Assembly (NCBI RefSeq): GCF_001194135.2
Contig: NC_068992.1
Coordinates: forward strand, 5,581,283-5,645,282
Direction: 5' to 3'
Length of the DNA: 64,000 bases
Origin: Octopus bimaculoides
Lineage: Eukaryota
Both the position numbers and the translations under genes were made by a program. This document shows positions 13,031 to 25,308 of this stretch, one piece after another (positions within the stretch are counted from its first letter, which is position 1; each line of letters starts with the position of its first letter). The notes below the pieces were generated by a model. It had not been told where the DNA came from. It worked only from the letters and a program-made list of their open reading frames with translations, and made no database searches.

Positions 13031-13370
13031 CACACACATATNNNNNNNNNNNNNNNNNNNNNNNNNNNNNNNNNNNNNNNNNNNNNNNNNNNNNNNNNNN
13101 NNNNNNNNNNNNNNNNNNNNNNNNNNNNNNNNNNNNNNNNNNNNNNNNNNNNNNNNNNNNNNNNNNNNNNNNNNNNNNNNNNNNNNNNNNATATATATAT
13201 ATATACACGACGGGCTTCTTTTAGTTTCCGTCTACCAAATCCCAAAACAAGGCTTTGATCGACCCGAGGCTATACTAGAAAAAACTTACCCAAGGTGCCA
13301 CGCGGTGGGAAAGAACCCGAATCATGTGGTTGGTAGGCAAGCTACTTACCACACAGCCACTCCTGCGCCT
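12765..13370 (-). mobile_element. tRNA-derived SINE, family A, full length, with an internal (CA)n/(TA)n microsatellite and N gap
   Basis: The reverse complement starts AGGCGCAGGAGTGGCTGTGTGGTAAG (A-box-like) then GGGTTCTTTCCC (degenerate B box), and ends GACTGAAACAAGTAAAAGAGAGT. Homologous to 46745-47117 and 20826-21050. Confidence 0.85.
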
Positions 13371-13458
13371 ATATATGTGCGTGTGTGTGTGTTTGTGTGT
13401 GTGTGTGCGTCTGTATGTGTGTGCATGCGTGCGCGCGTGTGTGTGTATGTGTGAGTAT

Positions 13459-13508
<50 letters not shown>

Positions 13509-15220
13509 ATGCGTGTGTGTTTACGTGTGTACACTCGCAGATTAAGAGATGTAGAAATATGCGCCACCTCATCAATCGTAAAACCGAAATTATGATATAA
13601 ACATTCAGAAGTTTGCATTTTCACAAACCAAGCTTCAAAATAAACAACATTCAACAAGAACAATAAACACGGCATGTGAATATCTAACAAATATAATGAG
13701 AAAACCAGTGAGAGGAAGGAAAATTTTCTTAAGTCTTGTAAAATTGTTTATAGCTTTACAATCACAAAATTATTCATACGTATCAAAAGATTGACATAAA
13801 ATTTTTCAATATAATCAATATGTTTAGTACGTTTATAGAGACAAACCTAGACACATAAAGATGCATCTGCAAATATATTTCTATATTCATCTTCTAAATG
13901 TAATTTCTGTTCGTTTTCGTTTCTGTGTGTGTACAATAGATATATTTATATGTATCTACGCATAGTTCATTCTCTCTCTTTTTATCTCTCAATATATATA
14001 TATATATANNNNNNNNNNNNNNNNNNNNNNNNNNNNNNNNNNNNNNNNNNNNNNNNNNNNNNNNNNNNNNNNNNNNNNNNNNNNNNNNNNNNNNNNNNNN
14101 NNNNNNNNNNNNNNNNNNNNNNNNNNNNNNNNNNNNNNNNNNNNNNNNNNNNNNNNNNNNNNNNNNNNNNNNNNNNNNNNNNNNNNNNNNNNNNNNNNNN
14201 NNNNTATATATGTATATATCCAGATATATGAATATGTACACGCACATACATACGTATATCACGTTGTTTTATGTACATGACATTATAATGATAAAATTAT
14301 AGTCTCTATACGCAAATCTAAATACATCACATTGCAACTATTTTTTGATATAAAACTTTTTTTGAAAAATGGCGCTGACACTTTGGAAATGGCAATTATG
14401 AAATACGTACGTGTTCATGTGTGAGTATGTATATCTGTGTGTGTGAGTTGTTTTGTTTGTGCTTGTGTATATTTGTCACGTGTGCATGACATATTGCTTA
14501 CCCAAGGAAATTCGCAGTCTACAACAACGATTCTCTTTTCACCAGAATATTTGGGCTGTACTACCCTTCACTGAATTGCTAAATAGGATATCAGAGAAAA
14601 TGGCCCACTTATATTGCTGAGTGTAAATTCTTCATCATATAACCGCATAAACTTATGTGTCCTATCTTATTACTTTAAGGCTATTTGCTAATCGCTAGCT
14701 AAAAACCACCATGGATAATGAATTAAAAGATGCTGACAATATCTTGGCCCCATACAATACTGAAATTGACGTAGCTCTGACAAGATACATGAAATTGAAA
14801 ACAGTAATCAAAGATTTTTGTTTTTTTATATGTATAGTATATATAGGGTGGGCATTGCAGCTATAGTTGCAATAATAGATAGCATTGGAGGAGAGAATGA
14901 AAAGTAATCAAAACTTTGCTATAATTGCTAGAGCTAACACCTATCATATGTTTGGATTAAAATCAAAATTATAATCTAAAATTCCTTTTTTTAACATGTT
15001 AAGATACTGTTCGCAAAACATTTTGTACATTTCTTTTGTATTTTCGTGCATTCCCGAATTTTGTTTTCTTGCAGGGACAATCTTAAACTATATTCCACTT
15101 AAAATTTTAAAATGTCTACGTGAAGCTATGCATTGGGCAACTTCACACCAATTAAATATCAGTAATATTCAATCAAATAATGAACAAGACAAGGACACCA
15201 GTTGCACTGCACTATATTGT

Positions 15221-15458
15221 TGTGTAGACGCCCCAGGCGATAGGTAGGCTAATCCAATACGTATAACTAGCTAGCCAGAGAGCAGAAGAGCGGTACGGAG
15301 CTGTGGGTAGACTAGACGTCGAGCTCGGTAGAGTCGAGTCGTATGAAGTGAGAGTTGAGTAGAGGTCATCCGCACGTACGATATAACATATATAGGACCC
15401 GATTTCTACAAACGATTTGACAAGTAATCTAGTAGGTATCGTAGTAATTCTCATGACA
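15221..15458 (-). mobile_element. probable solo LTR
   Basis: 238-bp island, GC-richer than its flanks, with TGT...ACA termini and a TTGT direct repeat on both sides (15217-15220, 15459-15462). The minus strand has a TATA-like CCTATATATG followed by a pyrimidine-rich tract. Confidence 0.5.
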
Positions 15459-16093
15459 TTGTTTCTCTGATAATAAATAGGTTGATCAATGCTGGATTTA
15501 TTCTGTTATATATCCTGTACACAAAGGGATTCAGCAGTTCAGCATCAATTCTTTTCTGGATTTTCAATCTACTTCATAATTTAATTCAAAGTAATAGTTA
15601 TTTTTGAAATTTAATGCACAACACAAAAGCTAATATATCTCGTATGTTTATAGAAAAGGTGGTGATAACTGCATACACGACACACGCATATCAATTCCTA
15701 TACATTATCTTCTACATCAAGGCAGCCATCTCAGCCAATTAGCAGAACCAAAATTTATTACACAGAGAAGAAAACAATTTCCAAAAGTAGTTCATGTTGA
15801 ATTGAATATTGTGATAATGTCAACTTCAAGTCATGTGGTAAAAGGTTTTATATCAAAAGCACATCAATCAGATATCAGTAAAATCATTTATATTCACCAA
15901 AATATACTTCATTTATCATTGATAAGATTTATTAAACAAAACTCTGTCCAATTAGCTGATTCTGCGAATCTGCACAATTTTGATTTTATCAACTCAGTCT
16001 CAAGGGACGTAGATATATTTTTTTTTATTTCACTTATTTTCATTTCATTACATCCTTCAGTAATCAAATACTTTATTCTAATTTCAGGCAACC

Positions 16094-16163
16094 ATTTATT
16101 AATTTAGTGTTGATTATATCCTTCCTATTTATTAATTTAGTGTTGATTATTTCCTTCCTATTT
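16094..16163. repeat. 33-bp tandem duplication
   Basis: ATTTATTAATTTAGTGTTGATTATWTCCTTCCT x2 with one mismatch. Confidence 0.9.
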
Positions 16164-16878
16164 CTGTACAAATTTTGTTAATTGATAATTTATGGGAGTG
16201 AGTGAAAGTCAAACGACACTTCATCATTAAAGTGTTCATCTACTGGAATGAAATATCGCTAATAAAGATGTTATAATAAAAGGTTACGATGCAATTTATA
16301 TCCATACTATTTTGAACAAAAAAAAATAATTACAGAAACTTTTTTAATATCCAATAAGCGAAGCGTATTTTCAGAATCATATTGCTTGCTCACATATCTA
16401 AAGCCAACTACTTTTAATGTTGCGTTCAAAAGTTGACAACAAACAACGGTAGCCATGTTGCATCTGACGTAAAACTAGTTGACAAATACATTAGTGTTCA
16501 TTTATCTTCTCGATCATGTGTAGGTAAGATGTAGGTAATTATATCAAATACCTGTTTAGCGATGACACAATAACAATAACATATATTGTTATTCACAGAT
16601 TAATAGGAAGGTGATAAAATGCATGTGAGCTGTGTCTACAAATACTATTGCACTCCTTAAAATGCATGAAATTAATTAACCAGGCAAGGCCTAAAATACT
16701 TAATGAACAGAGGATGGATGTTTAAACCTGTCGAAATTTTAACCAAGCTTGCATAATAACAATGCTACGTCCCCCAAATGAAAACCGCCAAGTCATTAAA
16801 AAAGACACTCATCTACGCTCATTACTTCACTTCGTTTTAAGTGAAGTAAAAAGGGAAGTGGATCTTATATTTGTTGTC

Positions 16879-16921
16879 CAATTAACACTATCAATTAACA
16901 CTATCAATTAACACTATCAAT
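16879..16921. repeat. 13-bp tandem repeat (CAATTAACACTAT x3.3)
   Basis: Directly visible. Confidence 0.9.
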
Positions 16922-18389
16922 CTGTTTAGGCAGGGCTGTTCACGTGTAGCAAAACAAAACGAATGCATTCACGTTGTGCTACATTCCAAGTTAACAAGGG
17001 ATCTGTTGAGTCAGAGCTGACCTAGAACTACATGATAAGACAGCGGTGGCTGAATCTGCTAGGCATGAATGTTATCGACCAGGACATTTTGCGAGGCGTC
17101 ATATCAAAGACAACAGCAATAGCAACACAACAACAACAGCTGTAACAACAGCAACAAAAATAATGAATCAATTCTATGTCAGACATTTCGAAGAGAAAAG
17201 ACCTAAAATAACGTCTTAATTGATTCAGTTGCAACAAACTAACAACATTCTATCGCAATTGGAATGGAGAATGCTGCACCACGCTAATGGATTATTTTAC
17301 AATTTGTTAACAATTATATCATGGAGATTTAATTAATGCACCAGGAGAAAGTTTTCAAGCTCGACATTCTTTCTAAACATGTCGTAACGTCTATTATATT
17401 TTACAATATTGTCAGAAAAAAGAAAATGTCAAGATAAAAATTTAATACAGCATCGACAAACAGAAACACAAATCTTCTTACAATGAACGTATTAGAGAGT
17501 GTCCACATGGTTGTATAGAATGCTAAATATAGGAATCATGTCTCCTCCAAACACAACCTTCAGTTTGTGTAATAGTGTTTAAAGTTATCTAAAATGTGGT
17601 TATTCATACTTGAAACGTATTTTAACATTCGTTACATCCTTAGGACTGAGCTGCATGTAAAACTACACTCAAGAGCATACTTATACACTGACAAGCATGA
17701 AAACGCGTAAAAAACACATACGCGAGCTTATAATCTCTAGAAACTGGGCATAAGGATATGAATGATGGATAATATTTAAGGAAACATTCTGCATGCTACA
17801 TACAAATACCAACGTTTCCAAATATATGAGTAATAAAACGTTTTATACAATCCCTACGATTATCGTAATGTATAGAAATATTATGAAATATGTAACAGTT
17901 TGTGTATCAGAATAGAACTTCTCTTTTAAAGAGAAGTGATGAAATAGAATGCACATGCTTAAAACTGCGTTCCAATTCGCAGCAAAATACATCCACAGGC
18001 AGGCACGCACGAATGTATATTTGTATATATATCAGGTAGGAATAGAGTGATAATAACTATTGATTCATGAGACATGGAATTGGAATATATAAATGAAACC
18101 AAATTATATTACAATGAGCAGAAATAAATATATACAACATGCATCGGTGTTTCCCGCAACAAACAGCAAATTGTATCAAATATTTGCTTGACAATTTCTA
18201 ATAAGTGCAAGAGTAAAGACGTTTCGTGTAATTAGAGTTGTTCAAATCATCTTAGCGTCTGGTTATTTCAAACCTTTTAACTAAGAACTTTATATGTTTT
18301 CCACGTTTTCTTTTACACTTTGCCATCCTAGACAGTCGCTTCCATACTCCTCCTCTTTCTATTCCCACTCAGCATCATCACCATAACCG

Positions 18390-18540
18390 TCATCGAACTT
18401 ACCATCATCGTCGTCATCATCACCACCACCATCATCATCGTCACCACCACCACAACCACCAAAACCATCACCAACACCAGCACCACCACCATCATCATGA
18501 CTATACCTTCCTCCTCCCCCTCCTCCTCATCATCATGAAT
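18390..18540. repeat. degenerate (CAT/CAC/CCT)n trinucleotide field
   Basis: catcatcgtcgtcatcatcaccaccacc... Confidence 0.85.
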
Positions 18541-19800
18541 ATTACTATTAATGTTAAAGAAGGAAAATTTCCTCCTCGTATGATTTATATGGATTAGGTC
18601 CGTTCTCCTATAAATCTAAAATTAATACGCTTTTAATTTACTACAAACTCAAATAAATGTAATTTGCGATTGCTTTTGAGATTCATGTGTTTTATGACTG
18701 ACTTCCATCAATTTATGTTTCCATATTTTTGCTGCAGTATGCAATTTGTAATTTATATATATATATATATTTATANNNNNNNNNNNNNNNNNNNNNNNNN
18801 NNATATATATATATATATATATATACATTAGTGCGTGTTTGTGTGTGTTCGTGTGTACTCGTGTGTGAGTGTGTGTATGTGTGTCTGTATATATATAAAT
18901 ATATAAATATATATATATGAGAATGTGTATGTGCTTGGATGGAGGGATGGATGGCTATATAACATGCTTACCTCGGCGGATATGCATTGAGAGATTCATA
19001 GATATAGATAGACAAACAGACAGACACTTCGATAGATAGATAGATAGAAAGATGAACCATGCACTGGTACACCTTTTGATTCACAATATAGTTAGCTTTA
19101 GTGCTTCCCTTATCTCTGGCCATTTATAGCTAATTCCTTGAAGTAGAGAAAGTGTTAAGTCAAGCCTGATACAACTTGACCGCTGACTATTAAAGAAATA
19201 TCGCCTAATAATCTATTTCTGGCCACAGCTATTCTGACTCTGCGTCTCTTTCTTTCTCTCTAGCTTTCACTATTTCTTTTTCTTTGTTTTTCTTCATCAT
19301 TCTGTTTTTCATACACCACTCTGCTAATGCTAATGTCTGTAACACGTTACATCAAAAGAGACACAAATTACAACATTATTCCTGATCAGAATATGAACAA
19401 CTTATTACATGAACTATTTTATGAATAGAATTCTCATTGTCTAGCCAAAAACACAGACCAATAAAATTATCTACCATTCTTCCTCTCACCGTGCAAACTC
19501 AGATATCACAGAATTATCTTTATGATCCATTTTGATATTTAATAAAGACAACATTTTTCTTAACCAAGAAACTGGATTGCTATAAAACAACACTTTCTCC
19601 TATCATAATAGAAGTACTTTCCACGCTAGAATGTTTTCAATGCCAACAAGTTTAACAAAACTTTAGGCTGCGTGCCTAAAAGATCACCAAGCTGTCCATG
19701 ATCTCATAAAAATAATAAATTATATAACACTACAGAGATAAGTTCTAAGAGTTTATTTCTAATGTCGACATCAAATTAGTGTTTCTCTCTGTCTGTCAGC

Positions 19801-19804
<4 letters not shown>

Positions 19805-19851
<47 letters not shown>
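19805..19851. repeat. (CT)n microsatellite
   Basis: Directly visible. Confidence 0.95.
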
Positions 19852-19853
<2 letters not shown>

Positions 19854-20521
19854 ACCCTTTCTCTTTGCCATTGAATCTTTTGCTTTGAGGAGATGAAAAG
19901 AAAGTCAAAGTAACATACAAAACTAAACCGTAATAAATCTTATCAAAAGAATTGGAGAGATATCACACATTACATAAATAGCTTATAGTTTAGAAGATAC
20001 AATATATAGGGAGATATAAAATTGCAAGCATTAAATGTAAAAAAAAAAAATAGATAGCAAAAAGCTATCGAAATTTTGGGTTCGAATGTTACTTGCAATA
20101 TTATTGATATTTATGTTATTGATTTCAGTATAACAGAATATAATAAATTCTGTGAAACATGCACAGTTGTGACCAAAAGAAGTTTAAAAACAAACTACAT
20201 GTATTATAGTGTTCATATTTTATCATTCCTATGTTACATGGTAGATACGATATTATACTGAAATCTCATAAGAGCTATTATCTAAGAAAAATATAGTGTT
20301 GTAAACAATTCATTATTAAATTATCTTGTCGACAACTCAACACATTTTATTGTAATTATAATTTTGTGTTCAGCGTATTTGTGTGTGTGTGTTTGTTTGC
20401 GTTTGTGTGTGTGTGTATGTGTGTGTGTGTGTGAGCGTGCAAGTATGTTTGTATATTTCTATCAGTCTTTCGAAGATTTGTTGCACACATATACACAGAA
20501 ACGCACCGTTATTTATATACA

Positions 20522-20820
20522 TCTATATATATATAAACTGAGAATGTGTTTGTCTATCTGTCTGTTTGTCTGTATGTGTGTATCACTAAAACTCAAGAAC
20601 TACCCGACCGATTTCGTTCAAATTTTACACATGCCTTAATTAGGGTGAATGCAGAGTCAGGTGCCAAAAAATTTCAACTTCTTGCCTAATGCGAGCAATC
20701 TGTTATCTCTTACACTGTTTCCGTATTAGGTGTCAAACGTGAAACAATAATATCTCTATTAATACTTTCATTATTTTAATTACTCGTTTCAATTTCAATT
20801 ACTTTCATTCTGCATCTATA
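20522..20820 (+). mobile_element. possible non-autonomous Helitron-like fragment
   Basis: Begins A|TCTATATATATATAAA, then a TCTG/TTTG microsatellite-like stretch and AAAACTCAAGAACTACCCGACCGATTTCGTTCAAATTTT. This layout resembles invertebrate non-autonomous Helitron 5' ends. The 3' CTRR end was not identified. Confidence 0.4.
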
Positions 20821-20825
20821 TATAC

Positions 20826-21050
20826 ACTTTTACTCTTTTACTTGTTTCAGTCATTTGACTGCGGCCATACTGCAGCACCGCCTTTAGTCGAGCAAATCGA
20901 TCCGAGGACTTATTCTTTGTAAGCCTAGTACTTATTCTATCGGTCTCTTTTGCGGAACCACTATGTTACGGAGACGTAAACACACCAGCAACGGTTGATA
21001 AGCGATATTGGGGGACAAACACAGACACACAAACATATACCCACCCATGC
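20826..21050 (-). mobile_element. SINE family A, 3' half
   Basis: ACTCTTTTACTTGTTTCAGTCATTTGACTGCGGCC...GGGGACAAACACAG aligns to 12765-12960. The head is not seen after the adjoining gap. Confidence 0.85.
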
Positions 21051-21311
21051 ATATATATATATATATATATATANNNNNNNNNNNNNNNNNNNNNNNNNNN
21101 NNNNNNNNNNNNNNNNNNNNNNNNNNNNNNNNNNNNNNNNNNNNNNNNNNNNNNNNNNNNNNNNNNNNNNNNNNNNNNNNNNNNNNNNNNNNNNNNNNNN
21201 NNNNNNNNNNNNNNNNNNNNNNNNNNNNNNNNNNNNNNNNNNNNNNNNNNNNNNNNNNNNNNNNNNNNNNNNNNNNNNNNNNNNNNNNNNNNNNNNNNNN
21301 NNNNNNNNNNN

Positions 21312-21378
<67 letters not shown>

Positions 21379-22283
21379 TGTATGTGTGTGTGAGTGCGTT
21401 TGTGTGTTTATATGCAAGATCTTGCGCGTGTGTAGCTACATAGATATACCTATATCTATATATACATGTTTGTAAATATGTTTTCTGTTTGAAATCGTTA
21501 GTGAACAACACGTGGAAGAACGCCTGTGTCAAGCTCACACATTTGATTTACTCCTTTGTTTCAAATAACATTTTATTTATAATACGCTACGTCTCTTCAT
21601 AATATATACTGATGTGCTGAGTAACTTTCTAAAAACCAAGAAAATGCACGAGTTCCATTTTGTTTTCCTTCTTTGTTCATATTTGCCATTAGAAATGAAC
21701 ACGTAATGCTCAACCCTATAAGCTATATTCTCGTCACGATATTCACAATTTCAATTCATATACCATCTGTTCATACGGATTTACGTGTTCTAATAAATAG
21801 TTATATCTGCGGATCAGTATGATTTGATGGTAGTTTAGATAATAATTTTTGCACCTTGCCTCCCGACTCAGAGATTTAGTCAATGGCATTGCTGCTATTA
21901 ACAGTGATGATATCGAGGCTGAATGTTTCGGAACTGATGATAAAATAAATAGATTACAGGTGAGTTTAGGCTATTTCTATTGCCGATAAGGACATTTAGC
22001 GAAGAATTTTGCTCTCTTATTTGTGAATTCCACGACGAAAATGATGGGAATGTTCGCCACGTCGTTATTTCTAGAGATGAGGATGTGGACCAGGTCGTTA
22101 ATGGTAATGATGATGATTAGGTGAGATAGCGATAAGGAGGATGGTTATGATAATGATCAGGACAAGAGCGAGCGCAGGATATCGAAGATCACTTATATTA
22201 TTGATGGCTGAAAAAGAGTGGAGCAAAAAGAGGAAAAAGAACGAGAAATTATCTTAATGATCATGACCAACGCCACACCAGGG

Positions 22284-22403
22284 CGCCACAATGACGACGC
22301 CACAATGACGACGCCACAATGACGACGGCACAATGACGACGCCACAATGACGACGCCACAATGACGACGCCACAATGACGACGCCACAATGACGACGCCA
22401 CTA
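22284..22403. repeat. 14-bp GC-rich minisatellite (CGCCACAATGACGA x8.5)
   Basis: Eight full copies counted, one with a C>G substitution, plus a partial copy. Confidence 0.95.
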
Positions 22404-22465
22404 TGCATTCAACGATGAGAATGATACTGATAATGACGATGATGATTATAAGGATGATAAATGTA

Positions 22466-22546
<81 letters not shown>
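22466..22546. repeat. (CA)n-(TG)n palindromic microsatellite
   Basis: (CA)n runs directly into (TG)n through a CACGTG centre at 22499-22504. Confidence 0.95.
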
Positions 22547-22550
<4 letters not shown>

Positions 22551-23060
22551 GCAAGTCATAAATAAGTGTTACTTCGTCTAATTTCCGAAAGGCTGTAGCT
22601 CTATCGGTCAGTTGCACAAAGTAAATTAGACAAAATAAGAGAAAATTAATAGGTTTAAAGAATAATATTCAGACTCAATAAAGAGTGAGTACGTTTTCTC
22701 TTCAAGCATTTTATCGTATTTTCTTTTTCTTTCAATGGTGTATATTATATAGAGAACGAGTGGAGTTTTATTTTATTTTATTTTCTGCCAAATCTGAAGC
22801 AGACTGAAACATACTAATGGCTATTGCTAGTATATTTTATACCTTGGAACTATAATTTGCAACTCCTATTTTGTGATAACAGTTCTTGACTAGAACTGGA
22901 TAAATACTCAAATTGTTTCTAAGAGAGATAATTGCAAAGGGGGGTCTGTCAATTAAGAATGAGATAATGTATTAATGTATTAGTGTATTAATGGCTTTTG
23001 GAGATCAGAGTTACATGATTTATACATACACACATATAGACATACTCCTACCCATGTACG

Positions 23061-23118
<58 letters not shown>

Positions 23119-23849
23119 CTCCATGTGTGTTTGTGCGAATGTACTTATGTATATATATANNNNNNNNNNNNNNNNNNNNNNNNNNNNNNNNNNNNNNNNN
23201 NNNNNNNNNNNNNNNNNNNNNNNNNNNNNNNNNNNNNNNNNNNNNNNNNNNNNNNNNNNNNNNNNNNNNNNNNNNNNNNNNNNNNNNNNNNNNNNNNNNN
23301 NNNNNNNNNNNNNNNNNNNNNNNNNNNNNNNNNNNNNNNNNNNNNNNNNNNNNNNNNNNNNNNNNNNNNNNNNNNNNNNNNNNNNNNNNNNNNNNNNNNN
23401 NNNNNNNNNNNNNNNNNNNNNNNNNNNNNNNNNNNNNNNNNNNNNNNNNNNNNNNNNNNNNNNNNNNNNNNNNNNNNNNNNNNNNNNNNNNNNNNNNNNN
23501 NNNNNNNNNNNNNNNNNNNNNNNNNNTATATATATATATACATATATATATATATGCGTGTGTGTGTGAGTACGTATGTATAAACCCAAATCTATGCATA
23601 TGTGCGTTTTTGTGTCTGTGTAGGCTTTACAAAAACTCAGATATAATTATTTTGAATAGCTTGGGTGTTTTGTATCAAAGGATATTTGAAAGATTGAATT
23701 ACAATAGTCAACATAACATTATGATAAAATTATCAAGAAACTTCGTCTGATCCAGCTTAACTAAAATGTCTGTTTTTTTTGGTGTTTTCTGTTCTACGCT
23801 ATGTATATGTGTATTCCCTTGTTTGTTTTCTTTTGAGAGACTGATCAAC

Positions 23850-24130
23850 TGATTGATGTGTTGGTTAAAGGTCATGTATTTTATCTAATATAACATGAAG
23901 ACTGTTGGGCCCTAGAGGAATTGGTGCCACCAAAATAGATGTGTTTCAATAATAAATTTGTTATAATTTCTGGGATGGAATAATTATTTCATATCATAAT
24001 TCGTGACATTTACTTTGAGACAGGAGTCATCTATCCATTTATTAATATTTTTGATAATGTCTAGCAAATCAATTTGTGAGTTTTCTATTGAGATGGGAAT
24101 ATACATGGGTCGTAACTATTTGAGTAACCT
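23850..24130 (-). mobile_element. CR1/L2-like LINE RT C-terminal remnant
   Basis: Minus-strand peptide LDIIKNINKWIDDSCLKVNVT...YMTFNQHINQLI resembles the I..W...N.L..N..K and D..L.F..HI thumb motifs. Contains stops. Confidence 0.45.
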
Positions 24131-25214
24131 TGGAATAGTTATAAATGAACAGCAGTGAAAGACAAGAGTATATACATTTGCTTGTTTGCTGATTATTTTC
24201 TTTTATATTTGTTATACTTAGAATTGATATCGATAAGAATATATAGTTTGTCGGATTATTAGCCTAAATATTAGTGAAGAAACATATTCCTGTACCTACA
24301 AAACAATACGGAAAATTGGAATTTCAGCCGCTATCACGGATGGTTTTCTTTGCGTGTGTGTCTGTACATGTGTGAGGGGATGTGAAATATATACACTGGG
24401 TCGGGTTTGAACAAATAACGCATATTTCTAAACTGAAAATTTATGTATATAACGTTTGTTGAAATGCCTGATTGGGTTTGAGAGCTACAAATGTTCATAG
24501 GTCCTGTTAGATCCTGGTCAGTATTTTGTCCTTAAGCAAAATAAGTGGCATGTAATGATCTATGAACAAATCAGATCAACAAGCTCAATTTTATATATGG
24601 AAAATATAATATATCAGACATAATGAATTTCAGTCCATATTTACCTTGTCTCTTAACCTTCTTAACACATTTGGATGTGATTCAGACGTGGGGATATTGC
24701 TGTTTATTACGGGTATCTACACGGGGCATAAATCCCATACTTGGCTCGTCCTCAACGTTTTGGTATGCAACCACCATCAGAGCCGCACTGAGATAACAGA
24801 CGATTAAATTGGAATTCTAATGAAGTTGATAGTTGCTAGTCTTGATGAGCGCTTGAACAATTTAGACAAGTAAAATCATTCATAGACATTGCACGTGCTT
24901 AACGATTTTGTGGGTGCCATTGAGTTACTTCTTTCTACCTTTCGAATCAATTCTCTGAAATTTATCATAGTGATATCATTTAGCTATCACTTCTTCACGT
25001 GAACTTGCGGTAAATAAATATCGAATATATCCAGAGATCATTACGGTGAGAATTAGCAAGTAGAAGGCAATTACTTCAGGAAAAATAATGCAATGATAAA
25101 TAAGCATTTCAGATCCAACATCTCTGATCTTATATATCTAAGATCCTCTCAATATGGGAAGGGCAAATCAAACACATTTTTACTTCTATCTATTCTTTGA
25201 TGCTATAACGTCAT

Positions 25215-25228
25215 AGACACACACACAC

Positions 25229-25283
<55 letters not shown>

Positions 25284-25308
25284 CACACACACACATACAC
25301 ACACATAT
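25215..25308. repeat. (CA)n microsatellite
   Basis: Directly visible. Confidence 0.95.
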
